A stretch of 37,780 nucleotides of DNA from positions 64,313-102,092 of the forward strand of contig NW_005434501.1 in assembly GCF_000315625.1 (NCBI RefSeq). The letters run 5' to 3'. Shown here piece by piece: positions 28,053 to 37,780 of this stretch. Position numbers and translations under genes: made by a program. Source of the stretch: Guillardia theta CCMP2712 (taxonomy: Eukaryota > Protista > Cryptophyta). The notes under the pieces are model-generated. The model searched no databases and had not been told where the DNA came from. It saw nothing but the letters and a program-made list of their open reading frames with translations. How positions within the stretch are numbered: position 1 is the stretch's first letter; the number at the start of each line of letters is the position of its first letter.

Positions 28053-29728
28053 CTATGTTACAATCTGCTCGTTCCCTTTGAGCTGAACAGGAGAGCCACG
28101 GCCGTTCTCCTGCCCCCTCTGGCTCGGATTGCTGTTGTCGTTGTACATCGCCGTCGGAGCCGCGCTCGAGCTCATCCCGTTGCCGTGCATGGCCGACGAT
28201 CCGGACGGGAGCATGGAGAAGAAGATTTGGTTCATCAGGTGCGAGTCCTCGCGTTCGAACGACATGTCGTCATTCCCCTGGTTCATACCCCACAGCGAAG
28301 GATAGCTGTAGCTCGGACCCGTCAGGTTGCTCGCGCTCAACGACGCGCCGATGCGGGCAGGAGCCGGCTCGCCTTGACCGCCAGGGGGGGGAGCGTTGTC
28401 TGGCGCCTGCTGATGGGGGAAGGTACCGAAGAAGCTCGCGAGTCCGATGGAGTTCTCCCTCGAGAGCGACTCACCGTTGCCCAGCATGTTCCCTGCGCTC
28501 TCACCAGGCAAGAACGAGGTCATGGGCTTGTTGGCTGCCTCCTGCTCCGTCCCACCACTCGCCGAGTTCTTCGTCAGGATGGCTGCGATCCCTGCCAGCG
28601 ACTCCACGAAGTTTGCCTGCGGCTGACCTCCCTCCTTTGACCCGCTGCCGTTGGGCTGCGAGCCAGGTAGCATAGCAGGCCGGCCGCTCTGGTTGTCAGG
28701 GGGCTGAGACGACAAGTCAGGCATCTGATGCAAGAAGTTGCCTCCCGTGCTGCCCATGAAGCCAGAGCTGACGGAAATGGAGTTCTCGCGCGAGATGGGC
28801 AGCGACTGCAGGTAAGTTGAGGTGAGCCCGATCGAGTTTTCTCGGGACATGCAGTTGTACTGCTGCGGAGGCAGGAGCGGTTGCTGGCTCACCCCCGGTG
28901 GCTTCTGCTGCCCCTGCGCCAGCTGACTGCCTTGTGGGCCGCGCAAGGACTTGAGCAGCACGTGCATGTGCTGCAGCTGCCCTTGACCTCCACCCTGCTC
29001 CACCTCGTCGTCCTTTGGGTTGGCGACCTCGGACAGCGCTACCGCAGGAGGCACGAAGTCTTTCCCTACCGCCTTCATCTGCTTCGCAGCCTGGTCGTCC
29101 ACGTACCCTTCAGCCTTGCGCTTGAGGCTGCCGCTGGGCTGAGAGCTTGGAACCATGGCGGGCTGAGAGTCACGATAGCGCGCAAGCTCTTCCTCCAGAG
29201 CCTTGATCTTCTGCATCATGACAGCTGAATCTTTGGCAGGTTCGACGGCAGGGACCGGACGCTCCGCAGGTAACCTCGGGGCTTCCTCGTGGGGCTTCTC
29301 CGCATTTCTCTCCACAGGCGTCTTCCTATCATCTTCCTCCTCCTCCAACTTCAAGCCATCCTGTTGCCACGAGTCATTCCACTTAGTCTCTAGCATGCGC
29401 TGGGCGTGGACAAACAAAGTGAAGTCACAAATTCATGAAGCCTCACCTTGGCGAACCTTGCATACTCGGAGTTGTCGTACACATGGAGCGGCATGTGGGT
29501 CAAGCATTCTCGGAGCATGGACTCTAGGTCTTTGCTACAGTACGCCATTAATCTCCCCTCCTTGCAGTGGATCGTTGGGCAGCTCTTGAGGATGACCGCA
29601 CAGTCACAGTCGCACAAGACGCTGAGTTCGATTGCTTTCTTCACCAGCCCCATCTTGCGCTTATGAAACGTGTTCTGCCGCATGCGATCTCCCTTGATGC
29701 GCTCGATCTTCACCTTTGCAGGAGGCAT
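28053..29728 (-). CDS. MADS-box transcription factor (type II/MEF2-like), 2 exons (29728-29447, 29399-28053)
   Basis: MPPAKVKIERIKGDRMRQNTFHKRKMGLVKKAIELSVLCDCDCAVIL...GRLMAYCSKDLESML. A 47-nt GT-AG intron at 29400-29446 is in phase with the long Q/P/S/G-rich exon, which contains a short coiled coil and a KRK NLS-like motif. Confidence 0.92.
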
Positions 29729-29959
29729 TTTCCTGCACCCTTTGACTGAAGTAAGCAAGCCCTAGTCGAGGGTATCAGGAGTGAGGGAACGACTGAAGGA
29801 AGGGAGGATGAGGGAGTCCAAACGGAAGCGAAGGAAGCTGCGGGAGGGAGGGAGGAGGAGAGGGATGAGCGGGAGGAGGAGGAAGCAGGAGAGGGAGGGG
29901 CGAAGGCAACGGGGGGAGCAATGGGGATGCAACACGACGTAAAGGTGTGTATAAACCCA

Positions 29960-30225
29960 GGGTGGGGTGGTTCAATTTGGGGGGGTAGGGGTAATAAAAT
30001 GGTCAGAAGGGGTGGGTAATATTTCCAACAAAATTGAGCTTGGTGGGGAGGCCTTTTCCATGGGGGTAGTAGCTGAAAGGGGGGTAGGGATATCCTCTGC
30101 ATGAGGGGGACACTCTACCCCCCTTCGAGCCTCTTCTAAACGATATGACAGGAGGGGTACTCATTGCAATGGCCTTAAAAGCGGACTGGCACTGATTTTT
30201 TTTGGAGGGGTGGGGTACTGCTGGC
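29960..30225. promoter_or_regulatory. GGGGTA-rich block upstream of the MADS gene
   Basis: Many GGGGTA/GGGGTG motifs in a non-coding context. Confidence 0.4.
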
Positions 30226-30738
30226 ACTCAATTTAGAAGCAATGCATCCATTTATAGTATCAAGTATCCGTGAATATCCGCGAGTATCCGGTGAGCCTGA
30301 GTACCATACCGGCCGGGCGTCACCGTCTCGAGTCCGGTGCCCGGCCCGCCAGTGGCACTGGCGCTAGTGCACAGAGAGATCCGATCGCCGGACCGTCGGG
30401 GGTGCCACTGGTGACCGACCTCGGCCCGGACTCGCGCCCGAGTCGCCGGCTCGGACTCCGGGCCCGGGGGGGGGCCGGGCCTCAGCCCGCCGCCGGTGAT
30501 TTAAGCCGCAGCCTGTGCGGGAACCGTGTGTGGCTTCGAGAAACATTTACAAAGAATAGACTCGGAAAGACTTGAAGACCATTGAAGTGCATTGCGGCCG
30601 CAGTGGCGGCCGCGGCCGGAACTCGGAGAGGAAGCTCGGGGCCCTGCGGCCGACGCCGGTCACGGCTCCGGGTGCGGCAAGGCTGACTGCTGCCGGGTTG
30701 CACCGTGACTGCACGGTCCGTCCCGCTCGCCTATCCGA

Positions 30739-32514
30739 TCACTTCGCGTGCAAAGAAGCGCCGAACTGAACAGAATGACTGAATGAGTCGTGAAGAGGAG
30801 GAGAAGAAGAGAGGAGGAGCGGCACAACAGAAAGAGCACATGGCGAGCGAGCATGTCAAGCTGAGTACCTGGACGGGAATCCAATGGTTGACTGCAAGGT
30901 ATACAATGACGGCAGCGACAATCAAACTCAACATGAGGATAACGTTGCCCATGCTAGCTGTTTCAACAAAGTCACTTCTCCCCTCTCAAGGCCCCCCTTT
31001 AGACTTCCTCCTCCTATATACCCCTCTGCTGCTCTCCACGTCGTTCCTCTCCTTCCTGCCCTACTGCTCTCCACGTCGTTCCTCTCCTTCCTGCGCTACT
31101 GCTTCCCTCGTACTGTTCTCCTCCTCTGGAACTTGTGTTCTTCTCTCCCAATCTTGCAATCCGATGATCGTCGGTGTCAACTCACAGGGACTCATGTTCT
31201 TCGTCCTCGCGCCGACAGGCAAAGGGAGAGCATCTGCCCCTCCCCTTCCTGCTCCATCAGTCACTCAACCGGACGAGCCCGGGAGCTCTCAACACTCACC
31301 AAAGTAAATCGAGAAGGAACTCCAGATGTCTCCTCCCCTTGTTCTGCTAACAGCATCAGCCACCTCCTCCTCAGCACCGCCTTAGCCGTCTTCACCTCGC
31401 GGAATACTTGTCGTTGTCGTAGAGCCCTTCTCGTCCGCTTGCACGAATCACCTTGTGCATGTCAGGCTGCACTCCACCACATCTCGTTCAGCCCTCCCAC
31501 AGTCCACCAAGGAAGCAACAGCCATCTCGCGTTCCCTCCCTCCCTCCCTCCCTCCCTCTCCCCCCACTTCACCTTTCGTCCACTTCCTGCTTGTTTCAGT
31601 CCGTTGGAGTTCTGAAGGGAAAGGAGACCCCAAATCAGTTCAGGTTTGCATTAAGGTGCGGCCGAGGGAAGAAAAGGACGAGGACAGTCTCACCGGAGAT
31701 TCTTTGGGCTGCAACCAAACAGTGTGGTTCACTTCAGAGTTCGCTACACAACTTCATCAGTATTTCATCATTAGAAAACTCGCGAGGAACCAGAGATCTC
31801 TCTTTCTGCCTTGGCCGCAAGATCAAGAGCTATCTCAGCTGTTGACATCTGCAACATCAACATCAGGAGGTCTAGTCCCTATCACCATCCACCACCCGAC
31901 AGCTATCCAGCCACTCCCTGTGTCGTACCTGATGCTGCGATTCGATGGCCGACAGGCTCTCTTTCAAACCTTCTCGGTGTGATTCAATCGCACTTGCCTC
32001 CCCCTGAGCTGCAGGCGTCAAGAGGCAACAATCACACTCAAGTTTCACCGTCCGCTTGGTGAGAGAGCGGTTGAGCAAAGCTTCAACCTCCGCCATCTCC
32101 TCTAATCCACAAACATCATTTCATTCTCGCCCATTCTCCCCCTGCTTCTTTCATCCCCCGCACCTGCTCCCCTCCCTCCCCCCCCCCTCCCCTCCCCTGG
32201 TCGGAGCTTCACCTGTGAGCGCGGCGATCTTCTTATCGAGTGACCTCTGCTGGGCAGCCGCCGCTCGTCTTTCTATTCTCCTCATCCTCTCCGTCGCATC
32301 CTCCCTCACCGGTTCTGCTAGGCCTCCACAAGTCAGCCGAGTCCCCTGCCCTCGATCTCCCTGCCTCACCTCCAATTGTTCGTCGTGACACGACAGAGTT
32401 TACACCACTTGCTTCTTTCGCCACCAGGACAGCTGCTTCCTCCAAGCCTTCTCCCGGCTTGCCTGGTTTCGCTTGCGAGTTGGACGAGGAGGAGAGTCCG
32501 AGCGACGCCCACAT
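30739..32514 (-). CDS. Hypothetical coiled-coil protein with C-terminal transmembrane segment (tail-anchored-like), multi-exon
   Basis: Spliceable exons: MWASLGLSSSS..., LAEPVREDATERMRRIERRAAAAQQRSLDKKIAALT, EMAEVEALLNRSL, GLKESLSAIESQHQ; ends VILMLSLIVAAVIVYLAVNHWIPVQ|FGASLHAK*. Start uncertain. Confidence 0.5.
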
Positions 32515-32764
32515 CCTGATCAACGTGTTATTCCCTGCCCGATAAAACTCGCAGCTAGCAAGCCGCCGATTGTTTGATTTGGTGACCAAAAGCAAACAGG
32601 AAAATCTGCCTGTCCTTGATTTGCCTCAACAAATGTAAGCTAATGCACTCTAGCCCATTCAAACATTTGCTTGCAGCAGCTCTCAATACACAGATTCTTG
32701 TGCTATGCACAGAAATGATATCAAGTTCACCTCTCTTTCATCCACTAACCTGAATTTTAGTGTA

Positions 32765-32855
32765 CTACTGCTCCTATCGCTACTCCTGTCGCACCTACTG
32801 CTCCTACCGCTGCTCCTGCCGCACCTACTGCTCCTACCGCTGCTCCTACTGCTCC
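32765..32855. repeat. Degenerate 9/36-nt minisatellite (CCTACTGCT-like)
   Basis: Recurring cctactgctcctaccgctgctcct units. Confidence 0.75.
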
Positions 32856-33213
32856 CGGGCTGTTCTAGCTTCGCGCTCTGATCAATTTTGCTGTGCCTGC
32901 GTGGACCTGACCGTTGTTTATGACCGTTACAAATGACCGTTATGACGAAGATGACGCCGGTTGGACAGCCGCGGCAAACGTTGAACGGCGGTCACGGTGA
33001 TCGGACAGTGACTGGCACCCGCCGGGTGACCGTCCCAGCGGCCGGGGCCGGGCCGCGGCGGCGCCCGGCCGGGCGGTGCCAGGAAGCGGCTCGGAACCGG
33101 CCCGGCCCCGGCCCACTATCATTGGGCGGCCGGCTGAACCGGATCAGACACAACTAGCGTCGGATCATCGGATGGAAACGGTGACGGTGAACACGTTTAG
33201 TACAGTCAAGTCA

Positions 33214-34506
33214 TTAGATATCCTCAGCGGACTTCAGAACTGTGCCAGATTGTTGAGAGTTCAATTCGACACTCTGCATGAATGTCACCAACCAAGATAT
33301 GGAAAGGAGAGGCGATTCCGACCGGGAATTTGTATCTCATGCAGCAAACTGAACTTCCCGTTGTCAATCTAGCAAGAACAGACCCTGCTGTTGCCTCCAT
33401 CTACCAACAAACATGAATTTGAGACGATATTCGACATATCTTTCGTTATCTACCTGCATCTGAACTGGAGCCATACTTAGAGGCATCTCTTGAAATCCGA
33501 GCCTGCTGTAAAACTGTGGAGTTGGGTCAACTCAAGCACACAAGACAAGAACACATTAGCGAGGACCTTGGTGGTAGATTGCAGAGTTAGCAATAGAATA
33601 TCAGGGGGTCTCTTTTCCGCATTGTCGCCCTCGTGCTTCTTCTTGTGCCGCTGAACAGTGTCAAGAGTCACGAGTTGGCGCAATTGACAAGTGGGTGGTA
33701 AGGCAAGTATGGATCAATGTCAGACTCACAGCCAACAATTCTTCAACAAGAGCCGTGCCGATTCCCTAAATCTAGTTCAGTGCGAACACAACTGAGGCGT
33801 CTCAGGCTGGAAACACCTGTCCTCGCATGTCTTCACGGACAACCAGGGATGCTAGTTCAAAGCTCTTTCCGAGACTACGAATCTGCCCAATCCCAACGAT
33901 CTCATCATCCTGGAAATGGAGTCAGCGACTACCCTGCAGGACCGAGCCAGTGTCAAATCGCTTACTGCTTCAGCGATGAGAAAGTCAGCAGGATTCAAAA
34001 ATAGGAAATTCATGTTCTCCTTGGTGACCATCTGCAGACAAAACGTGAATCGCATTGTGAACGAAGGCAAAAATCTTTAGAAAATGAATTCAACTGAAGG
34101 TTCTGCATGTCAAGGAAGAGGACCGGCCATTACCTCTCTGATCGTGTCAAGATCCTTGTCCGTTGCTGCCCTGATACCCTCCTCTGCTCTAGTTTGTAGA
34201 GCACCATTCGACAACCTGGCTCTTGTGCAACGAGGGACTTGAAGAAGAAGTTTATGGGCTTGGTACTTATTCACATGGTGGAAGCATTGGCTACTTGAGA
34301 ATCTGTTCCACGAGGGTCCCAGTGAGGTAGCGTACAAGAACGACAAGTGGGGTAGAGAAACAATACAGGAATCAAAGGTTTAAGTTCCTTTACCTTGACA
34401 ACGTTGGAGCGAAGGCAGCAACATTGGAAGACAGAAGTGCGAAGAAGAATAGGATGTAGATGCAAGGGAGTGTGCCACTGCAAATAGGACGGGGGAATGC
34501 TGCCAT
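33214..34506 (-). CDS. GNAT-family N-acetyltransferase with bipartite plastid-targeting presequence (about 10 short exons)
   Basis: MAAFPRPICSGTLPCIYILFFFALLSSNVAA|FAPTLSR; IRAATDKDLDTIRE|MVTKENMNFLFLNPADFLIAEA|DDEIVGIGQIRSLGKSFELASLVVREDMRGQ|GIGTALVEELLA (acetyl-CoA motif A); ILLLTL...|FYSRLGF (motif B); ends KSAEDI* at 33214. Confidence 0.88.
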
Positions 34507-34559
34507 GCCGACTACAATCTACTGCACTGGCATGGACCTGCTCTGGGCGGCGGTATTCG

Positions 34560-35710
34560 ACAAGGGGGTGGTTTGTGACTAAGGTAGGTAGTGTTGACCT
34601 GAGATAGGCTTATAGGGGGTAGCCATGACCATAACCCCATTTTTATTTGTTGAAATAAGGGGTGTTTTCTCTTGAAAATACCAAAACTACGTTTCTGCAA
34701 GGGTTGTCAGTACCTTGGGTGGGTACTTGTCTCTAAGATGAAAATATGGGTGGGTAGACTTTGGGGAGATAGTACGATGGTTGGTTCTTCTGTCTTAAGA
34801 TGAGACATAGGGAATGTGAGGTCCTTAGGGGCTTGTCTTGCCTGCGCTTTTGCGACGTTGGGGTGGTCGAGAAGTGACTCATTTGTCCTAACGAGGGTGG
34901 GTGGAAGGAGTACCCTGTAAATTTCCCAATTATTTCTGTTGTAATAGGGGGTACATCTCCAACCTTGTGAGCTAGTTAGGGGTCCCATATACGGTGAGGT
35001 AGTATACAAATACCGTAGTAGCGCGGCGCCGGCTGCCGGCCCGGCCCGCTGCCGCACAGGCGAACTTCGGAGTTTCGGCCCCCAACCGGCGCGGCGGCGC
35101 GGCGTGGCGGTGGCACCGTCACTGTCCGATGCCATACGGTCAGTTCAACCGACTCGGTGACTCCGAGTCCGGGAGACTGCCGCAACTTGCGGCTGACTCC
35201 CGCAGCACACGTCCGGCAGAGTCAAGTCACTGAGTGCCGCGTGTGCGGCCGGGCGAGACTCGAGTCCCGGTACGGTCACCGTCGCTGCGTTGCCCGCGAC
35301 CGTGCCGCGATGCCATGATCATTACCACTGAGTACCGGACCGTACGGTACGGCACGCCGCCCTCGGATCGCGCCGCCGCCGCGCCGCCCGCGACCGCGAT
35401 CATTACTGTCGTGCCACCGTGCATGTCGGCGGCGCACCCGAACTTCCGACTCTTTCCGGCGTACTCGGAGGAACTTGCGGCCGCGGCTCCGACTCACTGG
35501 GCCGGGGCCGGGCTTCACGGGTTCTGAGGCGACGGTGCCCTGCCCGGGAGCTGCGACCTCAGCCTCAGTCGGACCTGACCCGGGCCCGGGCCCAGCCGCT
35601 GAGCCTCGCCCGGCCGATCGGACCCGGCGGCGGCGTCCGGGGGGGGCCGCAGCCGGGCGGCCGGGCGGCCGGGCGGCCGCAGTCCGATCACTGGCCCGGA
35701 CGGTTGAACT
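34560..35710. promoter_or_regulatory. Divergent intergenic spacer: GGGGT/GGGTA-rich block (34560-35010) plus very GC-rich CCGG/GGCC block (35020-35710)
   Basis: Composition and motif pattern repeat those of other spacers in the window. Confidence 0.35.
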
Positions 35711-35748
35711 GAGACTAGCGTACTTGGAACTTGGAGTAAGAGCGTACG

Positions 35749-37780
35749 ATGGATGGTGCGAAGGAAGGATGGGACGATCTCAAGGCGACATGGCAGGAGG
35801 CGAGGAGGTGCCGACAGGTAGCGACGAGCATGCTAGGGGATAGCGAAGCCCTCGCTCGAGTAGACCGACGAGTTGTGCAGGACACCGTCCGAATCGCCTC
35901 CTTGAACGCGGAAGAGATGCGGCATGGGGGGGCAGCGGGGTCAGTGGCTGACTCGTCGGACCTGAGCGACTGGTACCCGACGATGGCCATGGCAACGAGG
36001 AAGCTTGTCGTTGGCTTTGACCATGATGTTTCCAGGGTGCTGATGGATTCTAGCGAGTTGGTTGGAGAGTCTGATGTGGAGAACTGGCCTGTGTGGCGGT
36101 GCAAGGTTCAGAAACCAGGTTTGTTCATGAAGTAGGGGACCAGGGGAGTAACAGGGCCAAACAGGAGCTCTAGAAATCAAGAGAAATCAGGCCAAAGTTG
36201 TTCTGCTGATCTGTGAGAGTTGATTGACCCGATGAACTGCAAGATCTTTGCTGGACCGGACAGAATCTTGATCAAGTACACTACCAACATCCTGAAGAAT
36301 CAACTGAGCCTGGTTGGTCTGCATGGATCTCTTCGACCTTTGTCACGTTCGGCATGACGATTCTTGCTCACCGTCCTCAGGTTCTTCATCCGCACGAGAT
36401 CCTTGGGGCCGAGCTGATTGAGGTACAACACAAGAGACAGTCTAGCGACGCTGGAAGGGATAGAGGCAAGAACGATCTGAGGAGCAACTGGGAGAGCCTC
36501 TTCTCGAAGCCCAACAAGAAGTTTGTAGTCGTCATGCACGTGCTGACCGTGCCGAGCGTCATGGACCCAGAAGCAGGTGTCAGCTCGTACCAGGAGTTCG
36601 AGATCTCCTCTTTCCGTGACGCCAACGGCACCATCCTCCCTGACAAGCAGCACCTGGAGCAAGCTTGCAAGTGTGTGCTCCTTTGCTCCTGCCCCCCCTC
36701 CCTGTCCTCATTGTCCTCCTTCCTTGTCGTCCTTCTTCTCCTTCCCTCTCCTTACCCTCCTGCTCCCTCCCTCTTGTCCTCTCCCTCTCCTCACCCTTCT
36801 GCCCTCTAGGTTGCGTGACGCCATCAAGTTGGTTGCCAGCGAAAGAGCTCCGTTGCTCCAGTACGCTCGTCCGCTTCGCGTCATCGTCAACCCGATCTCA
36901 GGTCATCGCAAGGGGCGGGAGCTGTTTGGCAGGGTGGAGCACCTGTTCAAGAAGGCGGATGTGCCGATGGAAACAACCTTCACCTCCTACGCGGGGCATG
37001 CGAGGATGATCATACTAGGAGGCGAGCACGAGGGAAAGAGGGTTCCCCCGCTCAGTCCTCGCAGCTACTGCGGCGTGCTGGTGATAGGAGGGGACGGGAC
37101 GGTGTGCGAGGTCGTGAATGCGATGCTGGAGAGGGAGGACTGGGAGGAGTTGGTCGAGAGTCTCCCGGTGGGAACTATCCCCGCGGGCTCCGAGTGCGCC
37201 TTCGCCAAGATGATCAGCTTCGTGGACCCGCTGGGCGCTGCCTGGGTCCTGCTCAAGGGCCACCGGGTGGGTCCAGTGGACATGCTGAGGGTGACGCAGG
37301 GGTCTCGCATCCTCTACTGCCTCTGCGGGATAGGATGGGGTATACCGGGGAAGCTAGCGGAAGAGTCGGAAGCGCTGCGGGAGGTTTACGGACCAGCCCG
37401 GTACCTGGTGAGCGGGTTGAGAAGCTTCCTGGAGCTACGAGGATGCGAGGGGAGGCTGGAGATCCTGACGCCGAAAGAGGAGGAGGAGGAGGAGTTCTCC
37501 GAGACCTGTAGATTCGCAGGGGTGTGTAAGGCGTGTGAAGCGTCCAAGTGGAGGGACGAGGGGGGAGGGGAGGGAGGGGGGCGGGGAGGGTGGTGGGGAG
37601 GGAGGAGTCGGCGGGGCCGTTCGTGCTAGTTGGGATCTTGAAGTCCTCCAAGGTGAGCCCCTTCTGTCGAGGTTGCTCGGAACTGAGACGGGAGAGCGCA
37701 GAAGATCGCTCCTCTGGTGCACGTGGCAGACGGATTGATCGACGTGGTGGCTGTGCAGGTGAGGGGAGGGAGGGAGGGGA
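35749..37780 (+). CDS. DAGK-catalytic-domain lipid kinase (ceramide/sphingosine kinase-like); continues past window end
   Basis: LRVIVNPISGHRKG, TSYAGHA, VIGGDGTVCEVVNAM, GTIPAGSECAFA, VDML, SEALR..GPARY, and Cys cluster CRFAGVCKAC; N-terminal exons from ATG 35749. Confidence 0.88.

Noticed and set aside
35227-35843. Arg/Gly/Pro/Ala-rich ORFs in GC blocks (also 30270-30769, 32933-33157)
   Set aside because: Open frames expected from stop-poor GC-rich DNA; no domain motifs.

Overview
Eukaryotic nuclear DNA that is intron-dense (many 40-55 nt GT-AG introns, often with AAG/TAG acceptors) and rich in microsatellites. Two genes carry signal-peptide + Phe(+1) bipartite plastid presequences. Together this points to an alga with a red-derived complex plastid; the style resembles a cryptophyte such as Guillardia (inference). 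Ten protein genes were assembled by hand-splicing: (1) a plastid SLC17/PHT4-like MFS transporter, 5' part only; (2) a large protein ending in a tyrosine-kinase-type domain plus a C-terminal RING; (3) a secreted Cys/His-rich protein; (4) a UBA-UIM-USP deubiquitinase (USP25/28-like); (5) an NHL-repeat single-pass membrane protein; (6) a coiled-coil/F-box-like protein; (7) a MEF2-type MADS-box factor; (8) a tail-anchored coiled-coil protein; (9) a plastid GNAT acetyltransferase essentially missed by the ORF track; (10) a ceramide/sphingosine kinase-like gene, truncated by the window. Most striking: the Tyr-type kinase lacks the beta3 lysine (VAIQ) but has a lysine in the glycine loop (GSGPFKLVY), which is the WNK arrangement, and it is fused to a RING finger. 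Intergenic spacers share a recurrent GGTAGGGTAC/GGGGTA motif cluster and CCGG-rich blocks. All exon boundaries are manual estimates.
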